In this document: positions 1-12,148 of the stretch, in pieces | Layout of the letters: the number at the start of each line of letters is the position of its first letter | Position numbering within the stretch: position 1 is the stretch's first letter | NCBI GenBank assembly: GCA_035221665.1 | Contig: CM069136.1 | Location: forward strand, 61,752,001 to 61,816,000 | Direction: 5' to 3' | DNA: 64,000 nucleotides | DNA from: Okamejei kenojei | Taxonomy: Eukaryota | Notes under the pieces: model-generated | Seen by the model: the letters and a program-made list of their open reading frames with translations, nothing else | What the model was told of the DNA's origin: nothing | Database searches by the model: none | Position numbers and translations under genes: made by a program

Positions 1-1970
1 GTAGGGAGCATTTAGTCGTTCCACAAACTAAAGCCACGAGAAGAATCTCATGGGAATATGAACCTCAGATTGGCTGGAGGTAGTCTTCTTGAGCAAGTCT
101 CAGGGGTAACAGGGCAGTAAAGAAACTGACCCTAAAAGTGGTGTTTTGGTTGTGTACCCACCACAGCACAAATATAAATCCAGGTGTACTTAATGGGTAC
201 AAAGTACGATACCTGAAGGAAGTGGTGAGGCCATGGAAGGTAACCATGGTGGCCAATATCAATTGGTTTCTCACCAGCTTCAGGAGGCTGTTATGGTTGA
301 AACAGCAGATTTATATGAAAACATTTGTGCATTACTAGGGTGCCAACGGTGAATCCGATTAAGGCACCCATGTCTTCAATAGTGTGGAGGCACAGGGAAT
401 ACGATTCCAAAGAATTCAAGTTTGCGGGTGGCATCACTGCTTATGGGAAGCAAGTGAAAGATTGTGCAATGACCAAAAATTTAAAAGGATAAGTGGCATT
501 GCTCATATGTTCAGCTCAATGGTATGAGAGAAAAATTGCCATTCGGACCATTTTGCACTTTAGATTTGCAGGTCAATAAAGTTCAAGCTATGTTGAAAAT
601 ATTGGTTGTTACGGTGTGAACCTGCCTAAAAACAAATCAAAGTCGTTGATAAAAAGGCAAAGATATCAGCCTCATAAAACTTTTGCAAAATTGGTGGTCT
701 AATGTGAAGGAGGATTTGATATATGGATCGGAGGCAGGAGTATGGTGAGGAAGTATTTTTATCCAGCACAGCCTTATGTTACCCCATATTGTTGGGGAAG
801 AAGGCCATCACGTGCATTTGGAGAAGTACAAAAACTTTTATTCTATCACAGAGGAAGCTTTCGTTGAACCTCCGATTAGTGGTCGATTACAGGTGTGTTT
901 TGATAAATGATATTGCATAACAGCTGAACGGTTTATATTAGATATTGTGTAAGGATCTACAATAAAATTTGTAGAAGGAGTTGATCCACCTGTACAGAAT
1001 TTACCTAATCCTAGTGTATGATTCTGCACCTGGAAAATCCCAAATAAAGAAAAGGTAAGAAATTATTTAGGGAAAGTATAATGGGGGAAAAAACAAGAGT
1101 AAGTATCCACAACAATTTGTATCAAATAATTTCCCCAGGCAGAAGAAAGATGGTGGTGAAGAGTCATTCTAGACATCACACACTTTAATACATTTGTCCA
1201 GTATGCAATATTTCAAAATGGACACTTTCAACACAGCAAGGCAGTTGTTAACAACAAATTGTAATTGGTGACTATAGTCTTAAAGGATGCGTATGATTTA
1301 GTACCAATTTATCATCATGTTCACAGGTAATTAAAAATTAATTAAATGGGTCAGCTATGGCAATTTAAGGCATTATCTAATGGATTAAGCTCAGCTTCTA
1401 GGCTGTTCACACAAAGGTTGAAACCAGCACTTGCACTGATAAGGACACATGGTTATCTTGATGACATTTTTTAATCGGCAATGATGATCAGGAGTCAGCT
1501 GGAAAATTAGTGCAGCAATTACAAGCCTGTTGAAAGACTAGAGGTCCTGATCCATCCAACAAAATCTAAGCTTCAGCCATCCCCAACATTTTATTATTTG
1601 GGGTTTGTGAGTGATTCAGTACCATGTTCGGTAAATTTTACCAAGAAACAAAGTGTCAATATTAAGAATATGTGTCGTTGCCTTGTTGACAAGCCTTATC
1701 CCTCCATCTGAGAAGGAGCTTAGGTAAGTTAGTAGCACTATTTCTGCAATAGAGCTGGGCCACTACATTACTTAAAAAGCTCAAAAAAGGGAAAAAACAC
1801 AAGCACTAGAAGAGTGTGCAGGGCATTTTTGACAGGCCTATGCAATTGCCAAAGGAAGCTTTATCAGAATTATAGTGGTGGATTGAGAATGTTCCACAAG
1901 CTGCTTAAAAACATATTAGCTCAGCAGCCAGCAGTCATTGCAAACTGAAGCAAGTATTCTCAGATGGTGG

Positions 1971-2054
1971 ATAGCTTCTCGGTTTTTTGGGCTAAGATAA
2001 GTGTAATATCTGTTTTTATCAGGTTAATATCTCATATATCCCTTATTTAGGGGG
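1971..2054 (+). pseudogene. 3'-truncated U2 snRNA copy (about the first 80 nt) inside DIRS #1
   Basis: atagcttctcggttttttgggctaagataagtgtaatatctgtttttatcaggttaatatctcatat resembles the U2 5' end ATCGCTTCTCGGCCTTTTGGCTAAGATCAAGTGTAGTATCTGTTCTTATCAGTTTAATATCTGATAC. No Sm site follows. Confidence 0.85.
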
Positions 2055-2625
2055 CTACGGACAATAACACCAGGTGGTGGTAGATGGATTGTCCAAGAAA
2101 CATATTTCTCCAAACATTGGTATTAATCATTGGAGTTGTTAGGAGCTTTTATGGATTAAAAGCTTATTGTTTTACTTTGAAAGATTTGCATGTCCAATTA
2201 CAAGTAGACAACACCACAGCTGTGGCATATATCAATCACATGGGTCGAGTAAAATTATTACCATGTGATTATCTGGTTAACCAGATGTGGCATTAGTGTA
2301 TCTTTAAGAATATTTGGCTTTCAGCTATCTATCTCAGGGAGAGACAATATTGTGGCAGACAACAGATCACGAAAATTTAAAGACAATACAGAATGGGTAT
2401 TAAACCCACAAGTTGGAAAACATTGTCAGTGGTATGGATTACCTGACATTGATCTGTTTGCGACTAGATGAAATCACTAATTGCCCAAATACGTCTCATG
2501 GGAACCCAACCCAGGAGCAATAGCTGTGGATGCATTCTCACTACATTGGGGGGGAAATATGTTCCCCATTTGGTCTGATTAGGCAATGTCTGATGAAAAT
2601 ATAGCAAGACTTTGCCATGGGCGGT

Positions 2626-2890
2626 TTGGTGGCCCAAATCAGACACAGTCATGGTTCTCATTGATGTTTAGAATTATAGTTGAACCATTTATGACGATTC
2701 CTAGCTGCAGTAATTGGTGTGCCAAATCGGACACAGTCATGATTCTCATTGATGTTTAGAGTAATAATTGAACCATTTATGATGATTCATAGCTGCAGTA
2801 ATTGGTGGGCCAAATCGGACACAGTCATGATTCTCGTTGATGTTTAGAGTAATAATTGACCCATTTATGACGATTCACAGCTGCAGTAAT
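2626..2890. repeat. 3 x 88-bp tandem repeat within DIRS #1
   Basis: ccaaatc(a/g)gacacagtcatg... starts at 2634, 2722 and 2810. Confidence 0.9.
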
Positions 2891-4429
2891 TTGTTGAAAA
2901 ATTCATCCATGGCATGATCATATGAATTTGTTAATCTGCAGGTTCTGAACAGACCATTACAAGAGCTTGAGACTGGCGGATAGGACCATGAATGTTATAA
3001 CTGCAGCTTGGAAAAATAGCATTAAAAACAGTATTTTGTTTATATAAAGAAATTGGAAGTCTTTGGTAGACAGTCAAAGATATTTTATCATACTGCTAAC
3101 ATATCAGATATATTGGAGTTCCTTGCTGGATTGCATATTTTGATCAGCACCTTAGCGATAGGGCCATTAATAGGGGTCTCATCCGGTAATATCCCGATTG
3201 GGAAAGGAATATATTTAAATCTGCCCAAAGTAAAAATACAGAAGTTGGGAGTTCAGCATAGTTCTCACTTTCCTCAGGCAATGTGCTCCAATTCTATCAT
3301 TGTTTCGGAAGTTAACATTTGAAGTAATAATGCTCATAGCTTTAGTATCAGCACAAAGAGTGCAAATGTTACGTTAGACTGTATGCACGTGGCTACAGAT
3401 AACATTGTCTTATATGTTTATGACTTAACCAAACAAATCAGACCAGGAGGAGCTGGAACCAAGGTAAATTTTAAAGCATATCCTGTCGACCAAAAATTGT
3501 GTGTGGTTAAGCATTGACTCAAAATGTTGAAGTAGGCAAGAGTCTCCATGGTGGTGAGACAGGGCTATTTATTACACACAAAAAAACACATAAAAATATC
3601 AGTACAAACTGCAGGTTCCAGATAGTTACATTCTAGATGGTTAAAACAGGTTTTGGGACTCTGCAGGAGTAGACATTGAGATGTTAAAAAAAAACAACCC
3701 ACTCCCCCAGGGAGATGGGTATATCCATGGCAAAGGCACAGGACGGGCCATTCGATCAAAAAATTAGAGGCCATAGGATGATGTAAAGTAAACTTTTCAA
3801 AGTTTACAAGAAACCAGTTCTCACGGTGTCAGGGTTGGACACGCAGTGTTGGGTTCTCTTTCATTGTGCTTTGTTTTATATTATCAATTTATATCTTTGG
3901 TTATAAATCTTCCCCTACGATAGAAGGGTTATTACTTTCATTCTTTTATAATGAAAGGACTTATTACATAAACTAAAGAAATGTTTATAAGATGTATTAT
4001 TTACTCACTACTGTGTTGATTGAACCAGAGTGTCGTATGGAATGAATCTACGACATGAAAAACACAGAGCTACAAAATCTTCACGTAGTCACTCGCGTGA
4101 CTCCGTAGTAAAATAGTAAGATTGAACGAGAACTTACCAAGTTTGAAGCTTGATTGTTATTTTATGAGGAGGAAAGATGAGGGATTACGTGCCCGCCACT
4201 CCCAACCCTCATAACATAAATGATCATCTGGTAGTTCTAGTCTATATTGAGCCTTACTATCTTACTCCGGCTATTAATGCTGTGTTTTTCATGCCGCTGC
4301 TTTGAAGTATGCCGATCATGCGCCAGGCGGGGCTTCTTCACGTAATCCCTCATCGTTCCTCCTCATAAAATAACGATCAAACTTCAAACTTGGTAAGTTC
4401 TCGTTTAATCTTACTATTTTCTATGTTTC

Positions 4430-4511
4430 TATGCTGCCTGTCCTGCTGAGTTACTACAGGTTTTTGTGTCTATCTTCAGTTTAAACCAGCATCTGCAGTT
4501 CCTTCTTACAC
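4430..4511. mobile_element. Partial Penelope-associated short repeat
   Basis: tgctgcctgtcctgctgagttact...ccagcatctgcagttcct, same family as 12149-12276 and 22326-22458. Confidence 0.6.
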
Positions 4512-4780
4512 ATGTTACAACTTAATCCTTTTCTTACACTCACTTCTTGGCATTGTGATATTCTTGAGGTATTTTGTACATTTATTAAATAGTACCAAAT
4601 TGAATGGACTATTAATGCAAATCTTTCTGTGAAAATTTCAAATATCTATTTGATATCAATAACACTTGTCAGTGAGATTGAATATTTGGCTTGCAAATGC
4701 AGAATAAATATTAAAATATTAAAAAGTCAAGAGTTATAACGTATATATTTATTTTGTAAGATTGATCTTTTTCTTCTCAG

Positions 4781-4936
4781 AATGACTTTGTGGTGGAAAC
4801 AAGTCTTGTTGGAACGATTTTGAATGGTCTTTCTCATCTTCATGGATGTATGGATCGTGGACAGTTCATAATTAGTTTAATTAGAGGTCTTGGTGGTAAT
4901 CTTGACATGAAATCTCGACAAGAATTTTCTAAAGAG
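4781..4936 (+). CDS. DYNC2H1: Dynein-2 heavy chain internal exon A (156 bp), intact
   Basis: ag|AAT...GAG|gt. Encodes NDFVVETSLVGTILNGLSHLHGCMDRGQFIISLIRGLGGNLDMKSRQEFSKE, which matches vertebrate DYNC2H1. Confidence 0.95.
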
Positions 4937-5229
4937 GTATGTGCATGTTGAACAGCAGATCAGAAATTTACAATAAATACTATTAATGGCCTCAAAAATT
5001 GATTGTCATGAAGACCCCACAGTTTAGTAATTGGTAAAGGAAATCCAGAGTATACATTGGATAGATTCCATTAGTTAGTTCAGTATCCTCACTCCCATCA
5101 TTATTTATGCCTAAACCTTCATATGTAATCAGTTAATTTCATTTACATACATAACGTAACCAGCAAAAAGAATAATTTTGAGAATGTTGGGAGAATATAT
5201 AGAGAATTACAGGAATGAAATATATAAAG

Positions 5230-5410
5230 GGTGGTGATAAAAGGCAGGTACTATCGCAACGTTTAAGAAACATTTAGTCAGGTACATGGGATAAGATAAA
5301 TTTAGAGGGATATGGGCCAAACAGGCAGGTGGTTCTAGTGTAGATGGGGCATATTGGTCGGGGTGGGCAAGTTGTGCCGATGGGCCAATTTCCATACTGT
5401 ATGACTATGA
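5230..5410 (+). mobile_element. CR1 LINE 3' end fragment
   Basis: gatatgggccaaac...gggccaatttccatactgtatgactatga, a typical CR1 3'UTR and tail. Confidence 0.7.
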
Positions 5411-5821
5411 TCAGCCATGATCCAATGACAGGGCATACGTGGTTGTGGGATTATACAACATTCTCTAGGTCCTATGTCCTGAAAAGTATTGTCCAAAAGT
5501 TTGAGTTGGATGAAACACACAAATCATTGTAATAGGACTAGAAAGGTTAAATCAGAGATTTTTCTTATTCATTATCTTCAGCTGTGCTTTTGCTCCCTTG
5601 ACATAGAAGCTGGGACATGGCAGAAGGAAGAAGAATGCTTAATGTTATGAAAATGCATAAAAATCTCTGTGGATTAACTACTAATCAAATAAATTAGTCG
5701 TCCAAGTACTTTTTATTCCAACAATCAGCTAATTCAATGCCAATATTCATCATCACTATAAACAAATACTGTTGGGAAGTTGTATACATCCTAATGTCTT
5801 TAAAATTTCATTTGAACTTAG

Positions 5822-6081
5822 GTTTTAACCTGGGCAAGAGAATCACCACCTGATCCGCGCCAATGTCTTGACACATATTATGATCATCAGAGTGGACGAC
5901 TTATGGCGTACCAGATGGAGAAACCAGAGAATCTGACAGTTGATGATTTCAATAACCCTCAAAAACTTCCTGTCATCCGAACTCCTGATATGCAAAGAGG
6001 TCTCGATTATTTTAAGCCCTGGTTAAATTCTAACAACAAGCAACCATTCATACTGGTAGGACCTGAAGGATGTGGAAAAGG
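5822..6081 (+). CDS. DYNC2H1: Dynein-2 heavy chain exon B (260 bp), includes AAA3 Walker A
   Basis: VLTWARESPPD...PDMQRGLDYFKPWLNSNNKQPFILVGPEGCGK. Phase-2 donor GG|gtaag. Confidence 0.96.
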
Positions 6082-7769
6082 GTAAGACTTAATAATGAGA
6101 AATGTGGCATCTTAACGACATTTTGATTTATTGATTGTTGGAAGGTAATAGTTTGCATTGTGAGCTCTTCTGTGATTAGATTAAAATGTATCATGAATGT
6201 AGGGATGAAGGAATGTTTCCTATCTTTGTATCTGTCTATGCCAAACGCTTGATGCAAACTATCTTCTTCAAAGGGGAATTTAGGCTTAAGGAGTTTGTGC
6301 TGGATGCAGAGTTCCTTTATTTAGTTCCACTTTCATGCACTACCCATAATTCTTTTGATTCCCCTAATGTTGACACATCTATTGATTTCTATCTTGGGGC
6401 CACGCAGCAAATTGTGCTTCCACACTCATGGGTAGATAACTTCCCAGGCTTGCTATCTTCAGGGAGCAGAAATGTTTCTTTATCTCTGGCCTAAATAGCC
6501 ATCCCCTCATTTTGATATTGTGATCTCTATTTTTAGGTAACCCATTTAGGGCAAACATCTATCCTGTAAAAACCTTTTAATTTTGAAATATTTAAATGGG
6601 ATTACATAGGAAGGAAGACCAGAACGTTGACAATATTCCAGATGCATTCTCACCAAGGCTCTATATAAATGGAGCAAGGAATCTATACTCGTGTACTCAA
6701 ATCATTTTGAAATAAAATCTCACGTACCATTTGAATTTCTAATTTCATGCTGAACCAATATTTTAACCTGGAATAATTTATGTCGTGCTCAATGATTGAT
6801 GTTAACATAAGATGATTCACCCATGCTCCTCTGAATATCAACATTTTAATTAAATTTGCTGGCATTTCTGAAAAGAACTGCTGGTGTTTCTCAATGTAAT
6901 TGCTGGCAGCTTCCCAGCTGTGCTTTACTCTTGGACCCCCCCAGCAGCAGAGTTGTATCTGAGTGAGATGACCTAGCATTAATACTGGAGAAATCTTTTC
7001 ATATCCTGTTCAGATTGAACCCAAGCACTGATCCATTCACACATTCATTTGACTGGTCTTATAGGGCTAAAAGAAAGAAGGTATTTGAAAAAGATGAATT
7101 GCATTTTTTGAATTCATTGGTTTATTTTTAAAGAATTCAAATAAATCATTTTTTTATATCAAACTTTCTTCAATTGTTTAATTTGTTTTTAATTGCTTTC
7201 AAATGATTCTGAAGATCAGGGACATCTTACCTTTTCAGTTCTTTTCAATATCTTGAAAACGTTGTTCAATTTATTCAATAACCTTTTCATAGAGTCATAG
7301 AATCATACAGCAGGGGCACCTGCCCAGCTTGCCCATGTCAACTAAGGAGTCCCATCTACATAAGTCCACCTACCCAGCTTTGGTCCATATCCCTCTGATT
7401 CCTTATTGATGTAATTAAACCCAGTGAATTGTTAATGTTAATGTAATAAAGCTACATTGTACTCATTCTGTGGGCAATATGAAGGTGAGTGCCCAGAACT
7501 TTAGGTGCTTTAATGTGGTCAAATAAGTGTTTTGCACAATCATATTACTTCTCCAAGTATAAACCAAAGGAATTTTGTTATCTGTTTTATAATGTTATGT
7601 CCAGTTCATGATATATTTCCAAGTTGAAAATTGGAATACTATGTTACTGGTTATTTAATCCTTAAAAAGTAATGATGTATATATTTTTGAAAAACATTTT
7701 GGCTGAGTAATAATTACTCCAAATGGAATATAAGACCTCAAAGTTCTGATGCTAAACCTTTTGTTTCTT

Positions 7770-7910
7770 AACCTGCACATACTGTAGATACGATAGGTTT
7801 AGCGGGATATGGGCCAAACACAGTAAATGGGACTAGCTTAAATGGAGCATGTTGATCGGCATGGATGAGTTGGGCCAAAGGGCCTATTTCCTTGCTGTAT
7901 GACACTATGA
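7770..7910 (+). mobile_element. CR1 3' end fragment
   Basis: ggtttagcgggatatgggccaaac...gggcctatttccttgctgtatgacactatga. Confidence 0.65.
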
Positions 7911-8043
7911 TTTGAAAGGACTGTCTGATGATCATCTTAAATGCTAGATTATTTGCTTCTGATCAAAAAATTAATTTTCAGATTGTATTGGAATAATTCT
8001 CAGATGAACAGAATTATTTTAATGGTTTTATTTTCATTTTCAG

Positions 8044-8290
8044 GATGCTTCTTCGTTATGCTTTCTCTCACCTTAGATCCACTCAGATTGCAACAGTTCA
8101 CTGTAGTGCACAGACCTCACCTCGACATATTCTACAAAAATTGAGTCAGACCTGCATGGTTATTAGTTCCAACACTGGTCGTGTGTACCGGCCCAGGGAT
8201 TGTGAACATCTGGTATTGTACTTGAAGGATATTAACCTACCCAAGCCAGACAAGTGGGGAACCAGCAGTGTTATTGCCTTTCTACAACAG
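8044..8290 (+). CDS. DYNC2H1: Dynein-2 heavy chain exon C (247 bp)
   Basis: cag|G ATG. Encodes MLLRYAFSHLRSTQIATVHCSAQ...LYLKDINLPKPDKWGTSSVIAFLQQ|gt. Phase matches exon B. Confidence 0.96.
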
Positions 8291-9052
8291 GTTAGAAGAT
8301 TATTGGATTAGATGATTATGTGTCATTTTTACTTCAGCTGTTTTTATGCTTGGTTTTATTGAGTTTTACAGTATATTACTTAAATGTTTTGTGATGTTTA
8401 ACTGTTAAAATTATTTTCATGAAACCCTACTGAGCAATGATTGGCGATCCTAATTGCGTGAATATTATTGAACTGTACTATTTGACGTGGTATTATGGTC
8501 CTTGTTACCTTTTTTTCATTCGGTTTATTCTGTCTTTAAATTGCTTCCATACCCAGTAGATTGTGAACTATCTTCAATCCTGAGGAACAGCCAGAGAAGA
8601 AAAAGTCTGTGAACTGCTTGGATGGCAAACTAACAATTTGATATTTCAGCTTTGTAATTAGTAAATAGATTTTGATGCCTCTGCAATGCATAATTGTTCA
8701 GATCTACAAGATTTGTAGCTAGAATGAATTATTCAGATTTTTTTTTTATGATTTGGAAAAAAAACTTTGCTCTATCCTTGACTTCCTCCTAAAGTATGGC
8801 TTAAATTGGAGGCTTGTCATTAGGAAAAGTGTAGGACTTAGCATATATATATATAAGAGAATGTGCTCCCTGACCTCTGGTTTAATTTGGAAGCACAAGC
8901 ACTATACGAGTCTTTTAAAAGTGTAAAATTTGGGGTATTTATGCTTGAATTATCATCTCACTTATTCAACCCTTAACGATAGGTTGGTGGTTATCTAGTT
9001 CGATTATAAACTTCTATCTTCTTTGTTTTTCTTGAATTTAAAAAATCCAAAG

Positions 9053-9204
9053 GTATTGACTTATCATGGATTTTATGATGAAAATTTGGAATGGGTTGGA
9101 TTGGAACATATTCAGATTGTGTCTTCGATGTCAGTTGGTGGTGCAATGGGACGGCATGCCCTAACAACAAGATTTACATCTATTGTCAGGATCTGTACAA
9201 TCAA
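9053..9204 (+). CDS. DYNC2H1: Dynein-2 heavy chain exon D (152 bp)
   Basis: VLTYHGFYDENLEWVGLEHIQIVSSMSVGGAMGRHALTTRFTSIVRICTI, donor AA|gtaagt. Confidence 0.96.
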
Positions 9205-9250
9205 GTAAGTATTACAATGTCCATCTTCTATGGTCAAAGTTATTTGTGAG

Positions 9251-9713
9251 TTCACAAGGTTAATTCCCGGGATGGCGGGACTGTCATATGCTGAGAGTGG
9301 AGTGGTTGGGCTTGTATACTCTGGAATTTAGAAGGATGAGAGGATATTTTATTGAAACATATAAGATTATTAAGGGTTTGGACACGCTTGAGGCAGAAAA
9401 CATGTTCCCTATGTTGGGGGAGTCCAGAACCAGGGGCCACAGTTTAAGAATAAGGGGTAAGCCATTTAGAACGGAGACGAGGAAACACTTTTTCTCACAG
9501 AGAGTTGTGAGTGTGGAATTCTCTGCCTCAGAGGGCGGTGGAGGCCGGTTCTCTGAATACTTTCAAGACCGAGCTAGATAGGGCTCTTAAAGATAGCGGA
9601 TATGGGGAGAAGGCAGGAACGAGGTACAGATTGTGGATGATCAGCCATGATCACATTGAATGGCGGTGCTGGCTCGAAGGGCCGAATGGCCTTCTCCTGC
9701 ACCTATTGTCTAT
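9251..9713 (+). mobile_element. CR1 LINE, 5'-truncated (ORF2 C-terminus plus 3'UTR)
   Basis: LGLYTLEFRRMRG..IETYKIIKG..GESRTRGHSLRIRG..WNSLP, with tail ctcctgcacctattgtctat. Confidence 0.9.
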
Positions 9714-10127
9714 AAAGGCATTTCAGCATGGTGGATTGTAAATGTAATGCACTGGGTATGGTCACACAAACTCACATAATGTATTCTGAGAGGCTCTGCT
9801 CCTTTAAGTCATCGAACGGATACAAAAAAAAGCAAGAAGTATAATCTTATGCTTAAAAATTACCATACTAAATGATCACAATAAGCAAACGTATAAGTGC
9901 TGTGCAAGAAACAGGACTGACATGAGGTTCTGTGATCAGTAATTTGCAGCTAGGAGCTTAGTTTTTTATCACCTCACCAGATCATCTACAGCCTTGCCAT
10001 TTGCATTTGCTGGCAGGCCAAAAGCAAGTGTAAATTAAAGTACTATAGAGTGGGTATGTTGTTTATTATGTAGGGCTTTGATTAAAAAAAAAATTCAGAT
10101 CCCATTTATCCCAGCCTCAGCAACCTA

Positions 10128-11093
10128 TCTATCTATCTATACATAATTAAAACTCTTATCCTGTTATCTTCCGGTTTGCATTGTTTTTACATTTTCGCAA
10201 AAATGGTACAAGATAGTGCTGCGATTGGTGGTATATTTTAAAAGTTATTAAGGTTTAAATAGCTTTAAAACCGCGCATGCATAGATTGGTCTGCTCTCCT
10301 GTCAGTCACCGCCTGGACGGTGACGCCCATTCTTGCACCATCGTCGCACTGATTGGCCGCGTCCGCTGTCAGTCACCGGCATCTGGTCGCCTCTAACGGC
10401 GCACGGCTGTAGCTGCAGGAGCGCCGGGGCTGCGCTTGGCTCTGAGGGCACTGACGGCTGATGGTCCTCTGGGGCACACAAGAAGGGAGAGGAGGGGCAA
10501 CCTCACGATCCCAGGGAGGTGATGAGGGAGAATGGGGGGAGTGGAGGGAGAGTGGGGGAGGTGTGGAGGGGGACTGGGGCGATTGAGGGAGAGGAGGGGG
10601 TAGGGATGGGAAAGAGGGAGAGGTGAGGAGGGAGAGTGGGGGAGGAGAGGGATAGAGGGAGAGGATGGGGGTAGGGAGGGGGAGGTAGCGAGTGGGGAAG
10701 TGTAGGAGGAGGAGAAAGAAGAGGGAGGAGGTGAGTAGGGAGTTGGGGAGGAGGGGGAATAGTGGAGGAGGTAGGGCGTGGGGAATAGAGGGAGAGGAGG
10801 GCAGTGGGGGAGGTTGTGAGGGATAGGTGGGGGTAGGGAGCGGAGAGTAGTTATGGAGGGAGAGAGGGAGTGACTGAAGGTAGGGTAAAGGAGAGGTGGG
10901 GAAGGGGAGGAAGACGGGGAAAGAAGAGGGAGGGTGAAGAGGTAGGAGAGAGAGCACTGGGGATGAGGGGAAATGAGCCGCGCCTGCGCACTTGTGGCTA
11001 TGGGTGAATGGTGGAATATTGCGTTGGAACGGGTTGCGTTGGGGGACCAGGCCTCCTGTGTGACAGGGACCCAGCAGGTCCCACTTAGTCTAG
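10128..11093 (+). mobile_element. Non-autonomous Helitron-like element with G/A-rich interior
   Basis: 5' a|TCTAT, 3' hairpin gggacc-cagca-ggtccc (11066-11082), then CTAG|t at 11090-11094. No TSD. Confidence 0.65.
10480..10972. repeat. Purine-rich (G/A) low-complexity tract
   Basis: Dense GGG/GAGG runs. Source of the spurious Pro/Ser-rich minus-strand ORFs. Confidence 0.9.
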
Positions 11094-11295
11094 TGAACAT
11101 TAAAAAGGGATGGGTGTCAGAAAGAATGCCAGTAGTTACAGGTATAATTAACTGCCTGCCTGCCTGCCAGTGGTGTGCCAGGAGCATGGGTGGATGGTGA
11201 AATTCATCCCTGAATTGTCATATGGAAAGTGCAATATGGTGGTAAAGTCCCATTCTTCTTGTTGAGAAATATGAATTCTTAATTTGTGATTTCAG

Positions 11296-11440
11296 CTATC
11301 CTGATAGAGAGCAACTGCAGGCAATATACAGTGTTTATTTACAGCCTGTGCTGCATAAGAATCTAAAAAAACATCCTGTATGGGGGAGTGTTACCAGAAT
11401 ACATCAGCTGGCCAGCTCACTGGTACAAGTTTATGAACAG
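11296..11440 (+). CDS. DYNC2H1: Dynein-2 heavy chain exon E (145 bp)
   Basis: ttcag|C TAT. Encodes YPDREQLQAIYSVYLQPVLHKNLKKHPVWGSVTRIHQLASSLVQVYEQ|gtatg. Too short for the ORF track. Confidence 0.95.
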
Positions 11441-12148
11441 GTATGTTGTACTTGATATCTCTGGTATACTTCACACTAAATTTAATTTATTGTTTAATTA
11501 ATGCTGGCGTGACATTAGCACTGAGAAAGGTTGATGATGATGGCAAAGTTATTGAATAGGAGAGTGAGTGCTGACATCTTTCACCGGGCCATGGTGTATT
11601 TCTGTTCCTATATTAATCTGCCACTGTCTCTACCTCTGAGGAATGTGATAGCTTGCTCAACCAGGAACTTCCGTAACCAGATACAGCACCACTAACAAAA
11701 TATTATATATTTTTTCTGTTAGTGCCAAGGTAATGCTGATTACTGTTTATGGACATCCAGCAGAGGTAGGAATGGTAGATATAAGGTAGAAATAGCAGGA
11801 AATGCCCAGCGGGTTAGGCAACATTGGTGGAGCGAGTTAACTTTGAAGGCTGATGATATCTCTTCAGAACTGTATTCATGGTTATGATGGTAGACACGAT
11901 TTGCAAATTAAAAAAAAAGTCCGGCCAAAAATCAGAAAACATAATAGATCAATTGACACTCCCAGACCTGAGGTTTTCTTGGGCATAGAAACATCAAAAT
12001 CCTAAAGCAGATGGATTTTCATATACCTTTTCCTGCTGCCAGCTGGTACCTGTAAATTCGGCCAATGTGAGGAAATCCTCCAGAATTTGTTGGTGGAACT
12101 GGTTGATTGGAATTCCTGACCTGTCACAAATACAGTCTTGTTTGTTGA

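Larger units (their letters stand above)
1..4420 (+). mobile_element. DIRS1-type YR retrotransposon #1, decayed, 5' end outside window
   Basis: Frameshifted RT (KKDGG ~1143, GYLDDI ~1451), RNase H (QVDNTTAVAYINHMG ~2200-2245), MT-like region (GLPDIDLFATR ~2435-2468), YR remnants ~2950-3820, and an ICR/3' terminal inverted repeat (4110-4191 vs 4339-4420). Confidence 0.9.

Noticed and set aside
1971-2054. Functional U2 snRNA gene
   Set aside because: It lacks the Sm site and 3' half, the branch-point pairing region is mutated (GTAGTA to GTAATA), and it is embedded in a TE.
2626-2890. CRISPR-like array (also considered for 63000-63670)
   Set aside because: Whole units repeat with no unique spacers, there are no cas genes, and the context is a vertebrate intron.
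6059-6081. Non-canonical Walker A GPEGCGKG lacking the final S/T
   Set aside because: As recalled, this is the normal conserved AAA3 sequence of vertebrate DYNC2H1.
10373-11187. Pro/Ser/Leu-rich ORFs of 194-264 aa (also 40665-41279)
   Set aside because: Artefact of the low-complexity G/A tract, and the frames differ between the two copies.
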